DNA of 64,000 nt. Source: Octopus vulgaris. Lineage: Eukaryota. The notes under the pieces are model-generated. The model searched no databases and was not told the origin of the DNA. It saw only the letters and a list, made by a program, of their open reading frames with translations. Shown in pieces: positions 27,938-42,236 of the stretch. The stretch is from positions 2,852,001-2,916,000 of the forward strand of contig OX597831.1 in NCBI GenBank assembly GCA_951406725.2, read 5' to 3'. The position numbers and the translations under genes are program-made. The number at the start of each line of letters is the position of its first letter. Position 1 is the stretch's first letter.

Positions 27938-27968
27938 TGTTGTATGTATGTATGTATGTATGCATGTG

Positions 27969-28000
<32 letters not shown>

Positions 28001-28226
28001 TGCATGTATGTATGTATATGTATCCCTTTACGTGTATATGTGTCAAGATGATCGTGTACATTTTTTTGTGTACATGGTTGCATGTGTTTTGTATGCTATG
28101 TCTGTGTGTGTGGTTATGTGTTTCTCGACGTCTCTGAGAGTGTACTTGAATCCGTGAGTGCTTATGTGTGTTACATTTGTACATATGCATCTTTATGTAA
28201 GATGTTAGCCAACTGTGGTTCACACA

Positions 28227-28312
<86 letters not shown>

Positions 28313-28720
28313 AACATACATTCATGCGTACACATATATACACACATATTCATATACATTCTGAAAACATAACTGTGGGGCGGGGGTTGTATGTATGTAC
28401 ATGTATATTTATATATGTATGAGTATATATATATATATATATATGTGTTTATATATACATACACATACACACACACAATCATGCATGAACATAGCAACTG
28501 ACACACACACACACACACACATACACATACACACACATACACATATACACACATACACACACATACACACACATACACATACACACATACACATACACAC
28601 ACATACACATATACACACATACACATACATACACACATACATATATATTCATACGTTCATATGTATATACACACATGCATGTATACATATGTAAGATTTA
28701 TATGTGCATACATTCATACA
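26100..28720. repeat. Compound microsatellites (CA)n, (CT)n, (TACA)n/(TATG)n
   Basis: Visible directly in the sequence. Confidence 0.95.
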
Positions 28721-29257
28721 TGCGTGTGCGTGTGTGTATCAATATACTTACACAACATCATAATCAAGGCGGTGCCCCAGCATGGCCGCAGTCTAATGAC
28801 TGAAACAAACAAAAGATAAAGGACGCACGCATACACATACATACACGCATACACATACATACACGCATACACATACATACACGCATGCACACTTTGGTTC
28901 TGTACGCGCATACATAAAAACACACACATACACATGCGGAAATGCATGCGTGCCCCTGCGCCAGCCCGAGCTGTATTATTATGTGTGTGTGTGTGTGTGT
29001 CTGTGTGTGTCTGTGTGTGTGTGTGTGAGTGTGTGTGTATGTGTGATTCTGTGTATAGGGGTGGGTTAAAGAAGAGCCTTGACACACTGTCCCACACACA
29101 TATACACACACGCACATCCATACGCACACATGTACACACACGCACAACACACACACACACACACACATGTACAAACACGCACACACGCACCTAGGACACT
29201 CTTAGAATGCGTGTCTGTGTGTCCGTGGGTGATACCCATATTTATATTCTTCAAACG

Positions 29258-29638
29258 TGGAGGTGCAATGGCCTAGTGGTTAAAGCAGGAGACTCGCGGT
29301 CGTGGGATCGCGGTTTCGATTCCCACACCGGGCGTTGTGAGTGTTTATTGAGTGAAAACATCCAAAGTTCCACGAGGGTCAGGCAGGGTGGTGGTGGCGA
29401 ACCCTGCTGTATTCTTTCACCACAACTTTCTCTCACTCTTCTTCCTGTTTCTGTTGTACCTGTATTTCAAAGGGTCAGCCTTGTCACACTCTGTGTCACG
29501 ATGAATCTCCCCGAGAATTACATTAAGGGTACACGAGTCTGTGGAGTGCTCAGCCACTTGAGCGCTAATTTCACGAGCAGAGTGTTCCGATGATCGGATC
29601 AACTGGGACCCTCATCGTCGCAACCGACGGAGTGCCAC
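29258..29638 (+). mobile_element. SINE family C variant (H2 + T1)
   Basis: Head shared with 23147; tail shared with 16800. Confidence 0.85.
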
Positions 29639-29666
29639 GATATATACATAAACACATAAGCACAGC

Positions 29667-29721
<55 letters not shown>

Positions 29722-30384
29722 ACATACATACATACATACATACATACATACATACATACATACATACATACATACATACATACAGGCACACAATACATAT
29801 ATACATACACAAGACACAAACACATACATACATACGTACACATATACACACACACAAGCACGTGCACACGTACATACACACAAAACACAAGCATACATGT
29901 GCTTGCATATTTATGCCTTAAGGTGTGTGTGAGTGTGTGTTTGTTTATGTGTGTGTGGGGGTATGTGAGCGTGTGTGTGTGTGTGAGTGTATATTTTTTT
30001 GTGTAGGTTTCATTGTTCTGCTTTATTGTTGTTGGTGGTTTTAGCCCCAGGTTAATCCTGTTTCAGCAAACCTTTGATGAAGATATGCATTCCAAATGTG
30101 CCCATCCCTGCTTAGGTGCAGGCAAGCAAGAATGATTGGACGTTGTCAAGAATATTGTTATTGTTTTCGTGTTCGTGGCTATTCTTATTTTTGCTTTGTG
30201 CTTGTTGTTGTTGTTGTAAGGCTCCAGGTAAACTGTCAGAAGAACCACGATCAAAGGTTCTTCATGCCATGACCATCCTGTCTCAGAAATTATATCTAGC
30301 ACCTCAATATTCAATGAATGATGTAGGGCAGTGCTTCTCAAACTATCTGATGTGGCGTACCAGCAGTTTGTGTTTTTTTATCAA

Positions 30385-30797
30385 CGTAGGAGTGGCTGTG
30401 TGGTAAGTAGCTTGCTAACCAACCACATGGTTCTGGGTTCAGTCCCACTGCGTGGCACCTTGAGCAAGTGTCTTCTGCTATAGCCTCGCGCCGACCAATG
30501 CCTTGTGAGTGGATTTGGTTGGCGGAAACTGAAAGAAGCCCGTCGTATATATGTATATATATATGTGTGTGCGTGTATGTTTGTGTGTCTGTGTTTGTCC
30601 CCCTAGCATTGCTTCACTACCGATGCTGGTGTGTTTACGTCCCCGTTACTTAGCGGTTCGGCAAAAGAGACCGATAGAATAAGTACTGGGCTTACAAAAG
30701 AATAAGTCCCGGGGTCGAGTTGCTCAACTAAAGGCGGTGCTCCAGCATGGCCGCAGTCAAATGACTGAAACAAGTAAAAGAATAAAAGAGTAAGAGT
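30385..30797 (+). mobile_element. SINE family A, full length (inside the hAT element)
   Basis: Matches the family A consensus. Confidence 0.88.
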
Positions 30798-31013
30798 ACC
30801 AGGGACCGGTAATATTTCTTAGTAATGGGTCGATGAATTAAGTACCAGTTGCGTACTGAGGATCGGTCTAATCGACTGACCCCCCCCTCCCCAAAAATTT
30901 CAGAGTAGAAAAGAATATTAATTCATACCAGAAACAATATATATATATAATGACTATAATAACAGTTGACAATTTTTCTTCATCTTATATTTATTTTCTA
31001 AATAAATAATACT

Positions 31014-31185
31014 GAGTGGCTGTGTCGTAAGTAGCTTGCTTACCAATCACATGGTTCCGGGTTCAGTCCCACTGCGTGGCACCTTGGGCAAGTGTCTTCT
31101 ACTATAGCCTCGAGCCGACCAAAGCCTTGTGAGTGGATTTGGTAGACAGAAACTGAAAGAAACCCGTCGTATATATGTATATATA

Positions 31186-31260
<75 letters not shown>

Positions 31261-31461
31261 GTGTGTCTCTGTTTGTCCCTCCGAACATTGCTTGACAACC
31301 GATGCTGGTGTGTTTACGTTTCCATAAAGTAGCGGTTCGGCAAAACAGACCGGTAGAATAAGTACTAGGCTTACAAAGAATAAGTCCTGGGATCGATTTG
31401 CTCGACTAAAGGCGGTGCTCCACCATGGCCACAGTCACATGACTGAAACAAATAAAAGAGT
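31014..31461 (+). mobile_element. SINE family A, full length (inside the hAT element)
   Basis: Matches the family A consensus. Confidence 0.88.
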
Positions 31462-31975
31462 ATTACATAAGCATTTTATAATGTTGCTTTATTTTCTGGA
31501 AACTCGCCGCATAGCGGCAGCAGATGACTCGCGCACTGGCACCGGTCCGCGGACCACCACTTTGAGTAGCACTGATGTAGGGCATAATTTTGAGGGAATC
31601 TCAAGCTATTATTTCTAGCAGGTTGAATGACTCTGTTGATACGCCCTCGTTAGCTCAGATTATTGAATGTAGGCACACCATCTTAGCAGGGAAAGGGCTA
31701 TGGATTTTCACCCTTCAGTCATTGGATTGCAATGGCCACAGTCACATGACTGAAACAAGTAAAAGAGTATTACATAAGCATTTTATAATAGAAAACGTAT
31801 GTGAGCGTGTTTGTGTGTGTATGTGTTTGTGCGCGTGTGTATGTGTATGATTGTGTATGTGTGTGTACTGCGTATGCATTTATATACTTACATTTATGCA
31901 CACACAAACACATGCATATACATGCATCATGTACGTGTGTTTATATATATGTATGTATACATGTACACACACACA

Positions 31976-32030
<55 letters not shown>

Positions 32031-32124
32031 CAGAGTAAGCACATAAATGTGAAACAAGGTGGGAAAAAATAGTACTCGAATACCGGAAGTAGAGTAATAT
32101 GCTTTATTATTAAAGCTTTAAAAT

Positions 32125-32335
32125 GGCGGCCAGCTGGCAGAATCGCTAGAGCGCTGGGCAAAATTCATATTGGCATTTCGTTCGTCCTTACCTTCTGAGA
32201 TCAAATTCCGCCAGGCTCGACTTCGCCTTTCATCCTTTCGGCATCGATATACTAGATGAACACAGGAGTCAATGCAATCGACTTTTCCCCTTCCCAAAAT
32301 TCCAGGCATTGTGCCTATAGTAGAAAGGATTATTA
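32125..32335 (+). mobile_element. SINE family B (diverged)
   Basis: Family B head and central domain. Confidence 0.7.
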
Positions 32336-32769
32336 AGACTGTAAAAAATTACAAAAATATCACAAAAAACTGCTACTGAGAGTTTCACGTTCCCGTTCGT
32401 TGGGCACACCCACGCTAACACACATATGTACATCTAACTTAGCGGTTCGGCAAAAGACAAACCGATAGAATAAGCGGTAGGCTTTTAAAAAGTAAGCACT
32501 GGGTCGATACATTTGACTAAAATTTCTTCAAGGCGGTGTCCGGCATGGCAACAGTCTAATGACTGAGAAAAGTAAAAGATTAAAAAGTATATATTTATAT
32601 ACGACAGGCTTCTTTCAGTTTCCATCTTCCAAATCGATTCACAAGGCGTGGTGGGCCAGATCCTATTGTTGCAGATGTTCAAAGCGCCAAGCAGTTGGAT
32701 TGAACTCAGAACCATGTGGTTGGGAAGTAAGCTTCTTACCATACACCCACGCCTGCGCCAATGTAATGC

Positions 32770-33481
32770 ATACATACATACATACATACATACATTCATA
32801 CATACATGCATACATTCATACATACATACATACATACATACATTCATACATTCATACATTCATACATGTATACATGCAAACATACATACATTCATACATA
32901 CATGCATACATACATGCATACATTCATACATACATACACGCATACATGCATACATATCTACATACATGTATGCATACATTCATACATACATGCATACATA
33001 TCTACATACATGCATATATACATATATGCATACATACATTCAGACATACATACATACATACATACATACATACATACATACATACATACATACATGTATG
33101 CATACATACCCACATATATGCAGGCATATACACATACATACATGCATACAGTCATACATGCATACATACATACGTACATACATGCATGAATATACATACG
33201 TACATACATACATACATACATGCATTCATGCATGCATGTATGTATGTATGCATTATATATGTGTGTATGTGTGTATGTGAGAGTGTGTATGTGTCTGTGT
33301 GCATTCGTACTAGTGTGTGTGTGTATGCCCATGCTATCGGGAACGACATTAACGTCATGACTTCCACGGTTCATCTTTCTACTCAAGATCTGAAGACTGA
33401 ACATCCTTGGATACATCAGAAACAATTTGCTACATGTGTTTGGCGATGTGTGTCTGTGTCCGTGTCCGTGTGCATGTGTGT

Positions 33482-33523
<42 letters not shown>

Positions 33524-33761
33524 ATGTGTGCTTCTGTGTATATGTGTGTCGTATGTGCTATATCTGTAAATGCGTATTCTAACATGCAGTGACTGATGCA
33601 TGCAAGCGCACGCAGCTATAGAAACATGCATCTGCACGCGCACATGCACAAGTGAATAAAGAAAACATACATGTAAACATGTACGGCCACATGTGAATGC
33701 ACACATCACATATACATAGATACATACATACATTTACACACACATTTATATATATTTATAA

Positions 33762-33806
<45 letters not shown>

Positions 33807-33885
33807 TGTGTGTCTGTGTGTCTGTGTGTCTGTGTGTGTATGTATGTATGTAAACATATATTCAGATACAGAGAGAGAGAGAGCT

Positions 33886-33959
<74 letters not shown>

Positions 33960-33960
33960 G

Positions 33961-34016
<56 letters not shown>

Positions 34017-34023
34017 TATGATG

Positions 34024-34067
<44 letters not shown>

Positions 34068-34087
34068 TATGATGGATAGATAGATAT

Positions 34088-34126
<39 letters not shown>

Positions 34127-34420
34127 CCTTAAATCCTTAATGTTTTAGCCTGAAGGCCGCGGCCATGCTGGGGCACCGTATATGTATATGTATACACGCA
34201 CACACATACATAGAAACAGAGAGAGAGAGAGAGAGAAAGCAAAGTCTTCCTCAAATCACCCTCTATGGTATGAAAAGAAAATGAAGGCTCTAACGTGCTT
34301 GTTATACACCCTATGTCCGAGGAAAAGGCAAAGGCTAGATCTTCACGTTAGGACTGCGTTGGGTCATAGGATTATCCAGTAAAGGCTGACTAAGGGCTAA
34401 AATCAACCACCACCACCACC

Positions 34421-34463
<43 letters not shown>

Positions 34464-35390
34464 CTTCAGTAATATGAGCACACGTGCATATATAAACATA
34501 CTAATTCACAGAAAGACAAACTATAAACACAGACTGACTCTTACATAGACATACATCCTTATATAAATATACAGACAGTCTCCAATGACTAGGTACCATA
34601 TAGGCATACGCATTTCATAAACAAATATTGACTATACAAACACAACTACGTACACAACTGGATGTGGACACACACAGACACATACATACAAATACATACA
34701 TACATACATACAAATACATACATACATACATACAAATACATACATACATACATACATACATACATACATACATACATACATACAAATACATACATACATA
34801 CATACAAATACATACATACATACATACATACATACATACATACATACATACATACATACATACATACATACATACATACATACAAATACATACATACATA
34901 CATACAAATACATACATACATACATACAAATACATACATACATACATACATACATACATACATACATACATACATACAAATACATACATACATACATACA
35001 AATACATACATACATACATACAAATACATACATACATACATACATACATACATACATACATACAAATACATACATACATACATACAAATACATACATACA
35101 TACATACAAATACATTAATACATACATACATTAATACATTCTTTCATACATACATACATACATACATACATACATGCATACATACATACATACATACATA
35201 CATACATACACACATGCATACATACATATAAACACATACACACATACAAACAAATACATACATACATACATACATACATACATACAAACATACATATACA
35301 CACATACAAACAAATACATACATATATGCACACATACATACATACATACATACATACATACATACATACATACATACATACATACATACG
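32770..35390. repeat. Compound microsatellites (TACA)n, (TG)n, (GATA)n, (TA)n, (CAA)n
   Basis: Visible directly in the sequence. Confidence 0.95.
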
Positions 35391-36281
35391 CAGCGACAAT
35401 TCCCACCCATAGCTACTGATAGATATGTTACTCATACACTCTTATACACACACATGTATACACATATGCACATACATACTTATACACTTACAGTTCCACT
35501 CACATACTGACCATAAACACACAATACACATACAATACACGCACACTCACACGAATACACACACACACACACATATATATCTACATGTGTGTCTGTGCCA
35601 GTGTTTCCCTACCACCACCACCACCACCGCTTGACAACCGCTGTTGGTGTATTTACGTCCTCGTAACTTAGCAGTTCGGCAAAAGATTCTGATACAATTA
35701 ATGCCAGGCTTAACAAAGCAAAATAATAAATAAATAAATAAATAAATACTGGGACCGTTCCATTCTACCAAAAATTCTTCAAGGTGGTGCCCCAGCATGG
35801 CCGCAGTCTAATGACTGAAACAAGAAACACGATAGATAATAGACACGCACGCACACACAAACACAAAAACACACGCACACACACGCGCACACACACACGC
35901 ACACACAAACACACGTTTTCGTTTTTCGATTCCCCTCCATAGAATCCTTTCCCCGTCACTTTCACATTACAACCCACAAATGCAAACGCATAAACGCACA
36001 CACAAACACACCAACAACTACAACCGTCCTCGATGCCCCACCCCCACCCAACCCCTCGCCACCGCCACTCCGCCACACCTCTTCCACCTTATTACAACTT
36101 AACCCTCCGCCCACTACCATTGTGACATCCGTGTACTTTTATTGGTTTTAATTAGTGCTCCCTCTCCTTCCCGTTCCCAACCTCATTATACAACCCAGGT
36201 ACGTTCGCTTTAAACTGAACACGATAACATCGGGAAAAAAACACGTCGAACAACGCTCCCTCAAATCACATACGTCAACAC

Positions 36282-36347
<66 letters not shown>

Positions 36348-36358
36348 ATATATATATA

Positions 36359-36409
<51 letters not shown>

Positions 36410-36527
36410 ATCTATCTATATATATATATATATATATATCTATCTATCTATCCCCTCTCTCTCTCTCTTTCTCTATCTATCTATCTATCTATCTTTCTAT
36501 CTATCCCCCCCTCTCTCTCTCTCTTTC

Positions 36528-36570
<43 letters not shown>

Positions 36571-37484
36571 ATCTATCCCCCCCCCTCTCTCTCTCTCTTT
36601 ATCTATCTATCTATCTATCTATCTATCTGTCTATCTATCATATAATGTGACTCAATGTAGTGTCTGATATGTAAGTTGGGATGGTCACGGTTGGAACGCT
36701 TTTGATCAAAGGTCTGATCGACCAGGCTCTGGAGCGGGGGAAGAGAGGAAAAAACGCCTTTAAGCTGATTAATTCCCGGGGTTTGAATGGGACATGACAG
36801 GGAGAGATAATGCGAGGGAGCCAAATAGAGAAAGAAAGATAGAGATGAGTCAGAGAGGGAGAGAGAGAGGGAGAAAGAGATATATATAGAGAGAGAGACA
36901 GATAGACAGAGACGAAACAGAGAGAGATAGAGAGTAAAACAGAGACAGGGAGAGAGAAGCAGAGAGTGAGATAGACAGACAAAGAGAGAGGGAGAAACAT
37001 ACAGACCGAAATTGAGAAAGAGACAGAGACAAGGAAACAGAGAGAAACAAAGAGACAGAAAGAGATAGAGAAAACTATATATATATTTTTTTTATTTTAA
37101 TTTCTTTTGATCCGTTATTTTTTTTTAGTTCGTTATTGTTTATTTGTGCACTTTTTAAACATTTTTTTTTTTTTGCTTTGTATAATTTGTATGCCATTTT
37201 CTTTTTATTTGCTTCACGTTTCTTTGAATTAATTTACAGGTTTTAATTGTTGTTTTAATTCGTTCCCATCACGCCCTCATCACTTCCCTCTCTCCCCCCT
37301 CCTCCTTTCTCTCTCGCTCACTCTCTCTGTTTCTTTCTCTCTCTCCCTCCAAGCTCCAAACCAGCAATTTCTTTATAATTTTAATTGTCAGTGAACAGCT
37401 TCACATACTGACATTTAGCAGAGAATTTTGTGGAATTTCATTTAATATTGTCACATTTACATCTCTCTATCTCTCCCTCCCCAC

Positions 37485-37540
<56 letters not shown>

Positions 37541-37559
37541 CCCTCATCTTTTTTTTCCA

Positions 37560-37832
37560 TTTCCGGTCGATTTTATGTCTGGGGACAGCATTCAACCCCG
37601 ACCGTTTGTCCTCCACAGATAAGTACAGAAGTGACTCAGCGATGATTTGGGCAGCCATATCACAAAATTCTCTTGGCCTTTTTAATTGCTACACATGCAA
37701 GTTTTTACACATTAACACCAAGGATTTATCCAAGTATTTTAACTGATCGTGTCCATCCTATGATGCAAAGAGTGTTTTCCTGACGACAGCACAAATCTTC
37801 CAGAATGATAATGCGCCGATTTACGCGGTTAA
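37560..37832 (+). pseudogene. Tc1-like (DD34E) transposase fragment
   Basis: SGRFYVW, SAMIWAAIS, ILTDRVHPMMQ and IFQNDNAPIYA motifs across frameshifts. Confidence 0.7.
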
Positions 37833-38219
37833 TGTTATTTTTATGCTCCAAAAGGGAGGGCACTCCTCACAAAACTCAGGGGAGCCATGAGTTTGTTTTT
37901 ATTTTCGTTTTTATTTCTGGTATCAACGAGAGACCTGTTAGGCATTCAACGGCTCCTTGGGCCAATGCACCGGTTGAACCCTTGATAATGAAGCCGAAAA
38001 TAGATGTTTTGATAACAGTATATGGATTTTTGACTGCAGTATGCAGGAACGTATTTTTAAACTTGAGAAGATGTAAGTAATATGTTCGGGAGTGACTGTT
38101 TTTGATAACATTATCCGGGAATAGTAATAAATAGCTTCCTCTGTGGCTGCGCGTGCGTGCGTGTGTGCGTGCGTGTATGTACATACATATACATGTATAC
38201 ATGTACACACACACACATA

Positions 38220-38229
38220 TATAATACAT

Positions 38230-38319
<90 letters not shown>

Positions 38320-38411
38320 CCATCAATCAATCCATCCATCCATCCATACATACATACATACATTCATATATATATATATATTATATATATATATATATAT
38401 ACATACATACA

Positions 38412-38451
<40 letters not shown>

Positions 38452-38545
38452 CATACATTCATATATATATATATATATATATACATACACATATATATAC
38501 ATACATATACATACATACATACATTATATATATATATATATATAT

Positions 38546-38590
<45 letters not shown>

Positions 38591-38629
38591 CATTTATATA
38601 TATATATATATATATATATACATACATAC

Positions 38630-38669
<40 letters not shown>

Positions 38670-38670
38670 C

Positions 38671-38724
<54 letters not shown>

Positions 38725-38730
38725 CATATG
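38220..38730. repeat. (TA)n/(TACA)n compound microsatellite
   Basis: Visible directly in the sequence. Confidence 0.95.
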
Positions 38731-39122
38731 TGTCGTATGTGTATTTTCATTTTCCTGTCGTTTTACTCTCATTTCACTCCTTCGATAATAGAGTAGACCA
38801 CAATTGTTTATGTTTCAATAATTTTTTTTCTCTCTATATATATATTTATTGTTAAGAATTTTCAAGATTGAATAATAGAGTTCGAAATGTCAAGAAAGTC
38901 AATTTCTCTGGAAATGAAAATTAATCTATGAAATCAACTTCAAAATAGAAAGAGGTGAACACAGCCAATGGAACAATTGTCGGAACAATATAAAAGATAA
39001 AAAGAAAAAAAAAACAGAGCTACTATAATCGCTGGGTCTCCAGTGACTGTAAAAAAAAATACGTACATAGGAATATTATGGAAACAATGGAAAAAGAGTT
39101 AACATGCAGTTTACCGTCTTAA

Positions 39123-40037
39123 CAATGTGAAAGTATATTGTCCTAAAAAAATGAAAGTAAATGGCGATTGAAATTGAAAATGACAACAGTGTCGTCATAA
39201 CAATGTGAAAGTGAAAGTATGTTGTCCTAGAAATATTGAAATTGCGATTGAAACCGAAAGTGATTACAATGGCGTCGTAATAATGTGAAAGTATGTTGTC
39301 CTAAAAAAATGTAAGTAAATTGCGATTGAAACCGGGAGTGACGACAGTGACGTCACAATAATGTGAAAGTATGTTATCCTAAAAATATGAAAGTAAATTG
39401 CGATTGAAACCGGAAGTGACGACAGTGGCGTCGTAATAATGTGAAAGTATGTTATCCTAAAAAAATGAAAGTAAATTGCGATTAAAACCGGGAGTGACAA
39501 CAGTGGCATCGTAATAATGTGAAAGTATGTTGTCCTAAAAAAATGAAAGTAAATTGCGATTAAAACCGGGAGTGACGACAGTGGCGTCGTAATAATGTGA
39601 AATTATGTTGTCCTAAAAAAATGAAAGTAAATTGCAATTAAAACCGGGAGTGACGACAGTGGCGTCACAATAATGTGAAAGTATGTTATCCTAAAAAAAT
39701 GAAAGTAAATTGCGATTGAAACCGGGAGTGACGACAGTGGCGTCACAATAATGTGAAAGTATGTTATCCTAAAAAAATGAAAGTAAATTGCGATTGAAAC
39801 CGGAAGTAACAACAGTGGCATCGTAATAATGTGAAAGTATGTTGTCCTAAAAAAATGAAAGTGAATTGCGATTAAAACCGGAAGTGACGACAGTGGCGTT
39901 GTAATAATGTGAAAAAAAATGAAAATTGTGATTGAAACCGGAAGTGACGACAGTGACGTCGTAATAATGTGAAAGCATGTAATCCTAAAAAAATGAAAGT
40001 AAATTGCGATTGAAACCGGAAGTGACGAGAGTGGCAC
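39123..40037. repeat. 78-bp minisatellite, 12 units
   Basis: Units start at 39123, 39201, 39281, 39359, 39437, 39515, 39593, 39671, 39749, 39827, 39905 (short) and 39965. Consensus taatgtgaaagtatgttgtcctaaaaaaatgaaagtaaattgcgattgaaaccggaagtgacgacagtggcgtcgtaa. Confidence 0.95.
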
Positions 40038-40477
40038 ACAAATATTTCACAAAACACGTTTGATATCCGATAGGTGGAATTCCTATTGTGAGTCTAAGCA
40101 ACTTCTACACTTATTAGCACTGTCAACTATTCACTCAGTTTTGTTGATCCAAACGATGATAATGTCCGTAAATAGATTGGTGAAGGGCAATGGATAATGG
40201 CCAAGAAGAAACGGAGACAGCGATGCGGGATTACTGATGCTTTATTTCATGCTATTTCTTCATGAGCATGTGTAGCAAAACAAGTTTAGGGATCGTGAAA
40301 GAAAATATTCATGAATCTCATTTCGTGCATCAATGACTGCAATATTTTTCCGTAAATGCGATTGTTTTCATCTTATATAAAACATATCCACAGCTTTCAT
40401 CTTATAGTAAATATATACGCGATCTGTAGATTGGTTATGTCACATACATTGTTTGCATGAAATTATGGGATGTCAGT

Positions 40478-40876
40478 GGAGTGGCTGTGTGGTAAGTAGC
40501 TTGCTTACCAACCACATGGTTCCGGGTTCAGTCCCACTGCGTGGCACCTTGGGCAAGTGTCTTCTACTATAGCCTCAGGCCGACCAAAGCCTTGTGAGTG
40601 GATTTGGTAGACAGAAACTGAAAGAAGCCCGTCGTATATATGTATATATATGTGTGTGCGTATGTTTGTGTGTCTGTGTTTGTCTCTCCAGCATCGCTTG
40701 ACAACCGATGCTGGTGTGTTTACGTCCCCGTAACTTAGTGGTTCGGCAAAAGAGACCGATAGAATAAGTAGAGGGCTTACAAAGAATAGGTCCTGGGGTC
40801 GATTTGCTCGATTAAAGGCGGTGCTCCAGCATGGCTGCATTCAAATGACTGAAACAAGTAAAGGAGTAAAAGAGTA
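40478..40876 (+). mobile_element. SINE family A, full length
   Basis: Matches the family A consensus. Confidence 0.88.
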
Positions 40877-40977
40877 CTTTCATTTTTCTTTTCTGACAAT
40901 ACACTTTCACCTTTTTCAACGGTAAACTGCATGTCAAACCTTTCGCCATTGTTTCCTTAATATTTCTTTGTATGTAA

Positions 40978-41542
40978 GGAGGCGAGCTGACAGAAACGTT
41001 TGCACGCCGGGCGAAATGTGTAGCCGTATTTCGTCTGCCGTTACGTTCTGAGTTCAAATTCCGCCAAAGTCGACTTTGCCTTTCATCCTTTCAGGGTCGA
41101 TAAATTAAGTACCAGTTACGCACTGGAGTCGATATAATCGATTTAATACGTTTCTCTGTCCTTGTTTGCCCTCTCTGTGTTTTGCTCCTTGTGGGTAGTA
41201 AAGAAATAGGTATTTCGTCTGCCGTTATGTTCTGAGTTCTAATTCCGCCGAGGTCGAGTATGCCTTTCATCCTTTCGGGGTCGATTAAATAAGTACCAGT
41301 TACGCACTGGGGTCGATATAATCGACTTAATCCGTTTGTATGTCCTTGTTTGTCCCCTCTATGTGAAGCCCCTTGTGAGTAGTAAAGAAATCAGTATTTC
41401 GTCTGTCTTTACGTTCTGAGTTCTAATTTTGCCTTCCATCTTTTCGGGGTCGATAAATTAAGTATCAATTGCGTACAGGGGTCGACCTAATCGACTGGCC
41501 CCCTCCCCAAAATTTCGGGTCTTGTGCCTAGAGTAGAAAAAG
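40978..41542 (+). mobile_element. SINE family B trimer with 19-bp TSD
   Basis: AATATTTCTTTGTATGTAA at 40959-40977 and 41543-41561. Modules of ~184 bp start at 41027, 41211 and 41395. Confidence 0.85.
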
Positions 41543-42201
41543 AATATTTCTTTGTATGTAAAGGCAAAGAGCTGGCAGAATCGTTAGCATTCCGACTTCA
41601 TGTTCCGAGCTAAAATTCTGCCTATCATCCTTTCGGGTTCGATAAAATAAGTACAAAGTACCAGTTGAGCAATGGTGTCGATTATCCCCCTCCTCCGAAA
41701 TTGCTGGCCTTGTGTCGAAATTTGAACACAGTATTTCTACTTAATGTATGGTGTTGCACAATCACACTCAGTGTCGAAATTTTAGAGCCACGTATAATGC
41801 ATACTAAATGACTGATTGACCACGCACACACACACACATATACACACACACATGCGTGTATGCACACACATGCGTGTATGCACACACATGTGCGTATACG
41901 TGGGAGTGTGTGTGTTTCATGGAGGAGGAAGAATGACTGATAAATCTTCAAAATCGATAATAAATTACAATTTGATTTATTGCAGACACTTTTTCTTATC
42001 TTTTTATCTTTTACTGTTTTTGGTGGGGAGGGGGCGGGGCACAGCCTTGAAGGGTTTAGCTGAACAAATCGACCCCATCTCCCAAGTATTTTTAAGCCTG
42101 GTACACATTCTATTGACCTCTTTTGTTGAACCGCTAGCTCAAGGAGACATCAACATGCCAACAACGGCTGAGAAGCGGTGGTGGACACGCACGTACACAC
42201 A

Positions 42202-42236
<35 letters not shown>

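Larger units (their letters stand above)
30329..31574. mobile_element. hAT (Charlie-like) non-autonomous DNA transposon carrying nested SINEs
   Basis: TIRs CAGTGCTTCTCAAA / TTTGAGTAGCACTG (13/14 match); 8-bp TSD ATGTAGGG at 30321-30328 and 31575-31582. Confidence 0.88.

Noticed and set aside
26531-38855. Long [12 protein letters not shown]-repeat ORFs
   Set aside because: Translations of (TATG)n, (TACA)n and (TA)n microsatellites.
39123-40037. CRISPR-like array, or a 26-aa repeat protein on the minus strand
   Set aside because: Units are contiguous with no unique spacers, the context is eukaryotic and there are no cas genes. The ORFs follow from the 78-bp period being a multiple of three.
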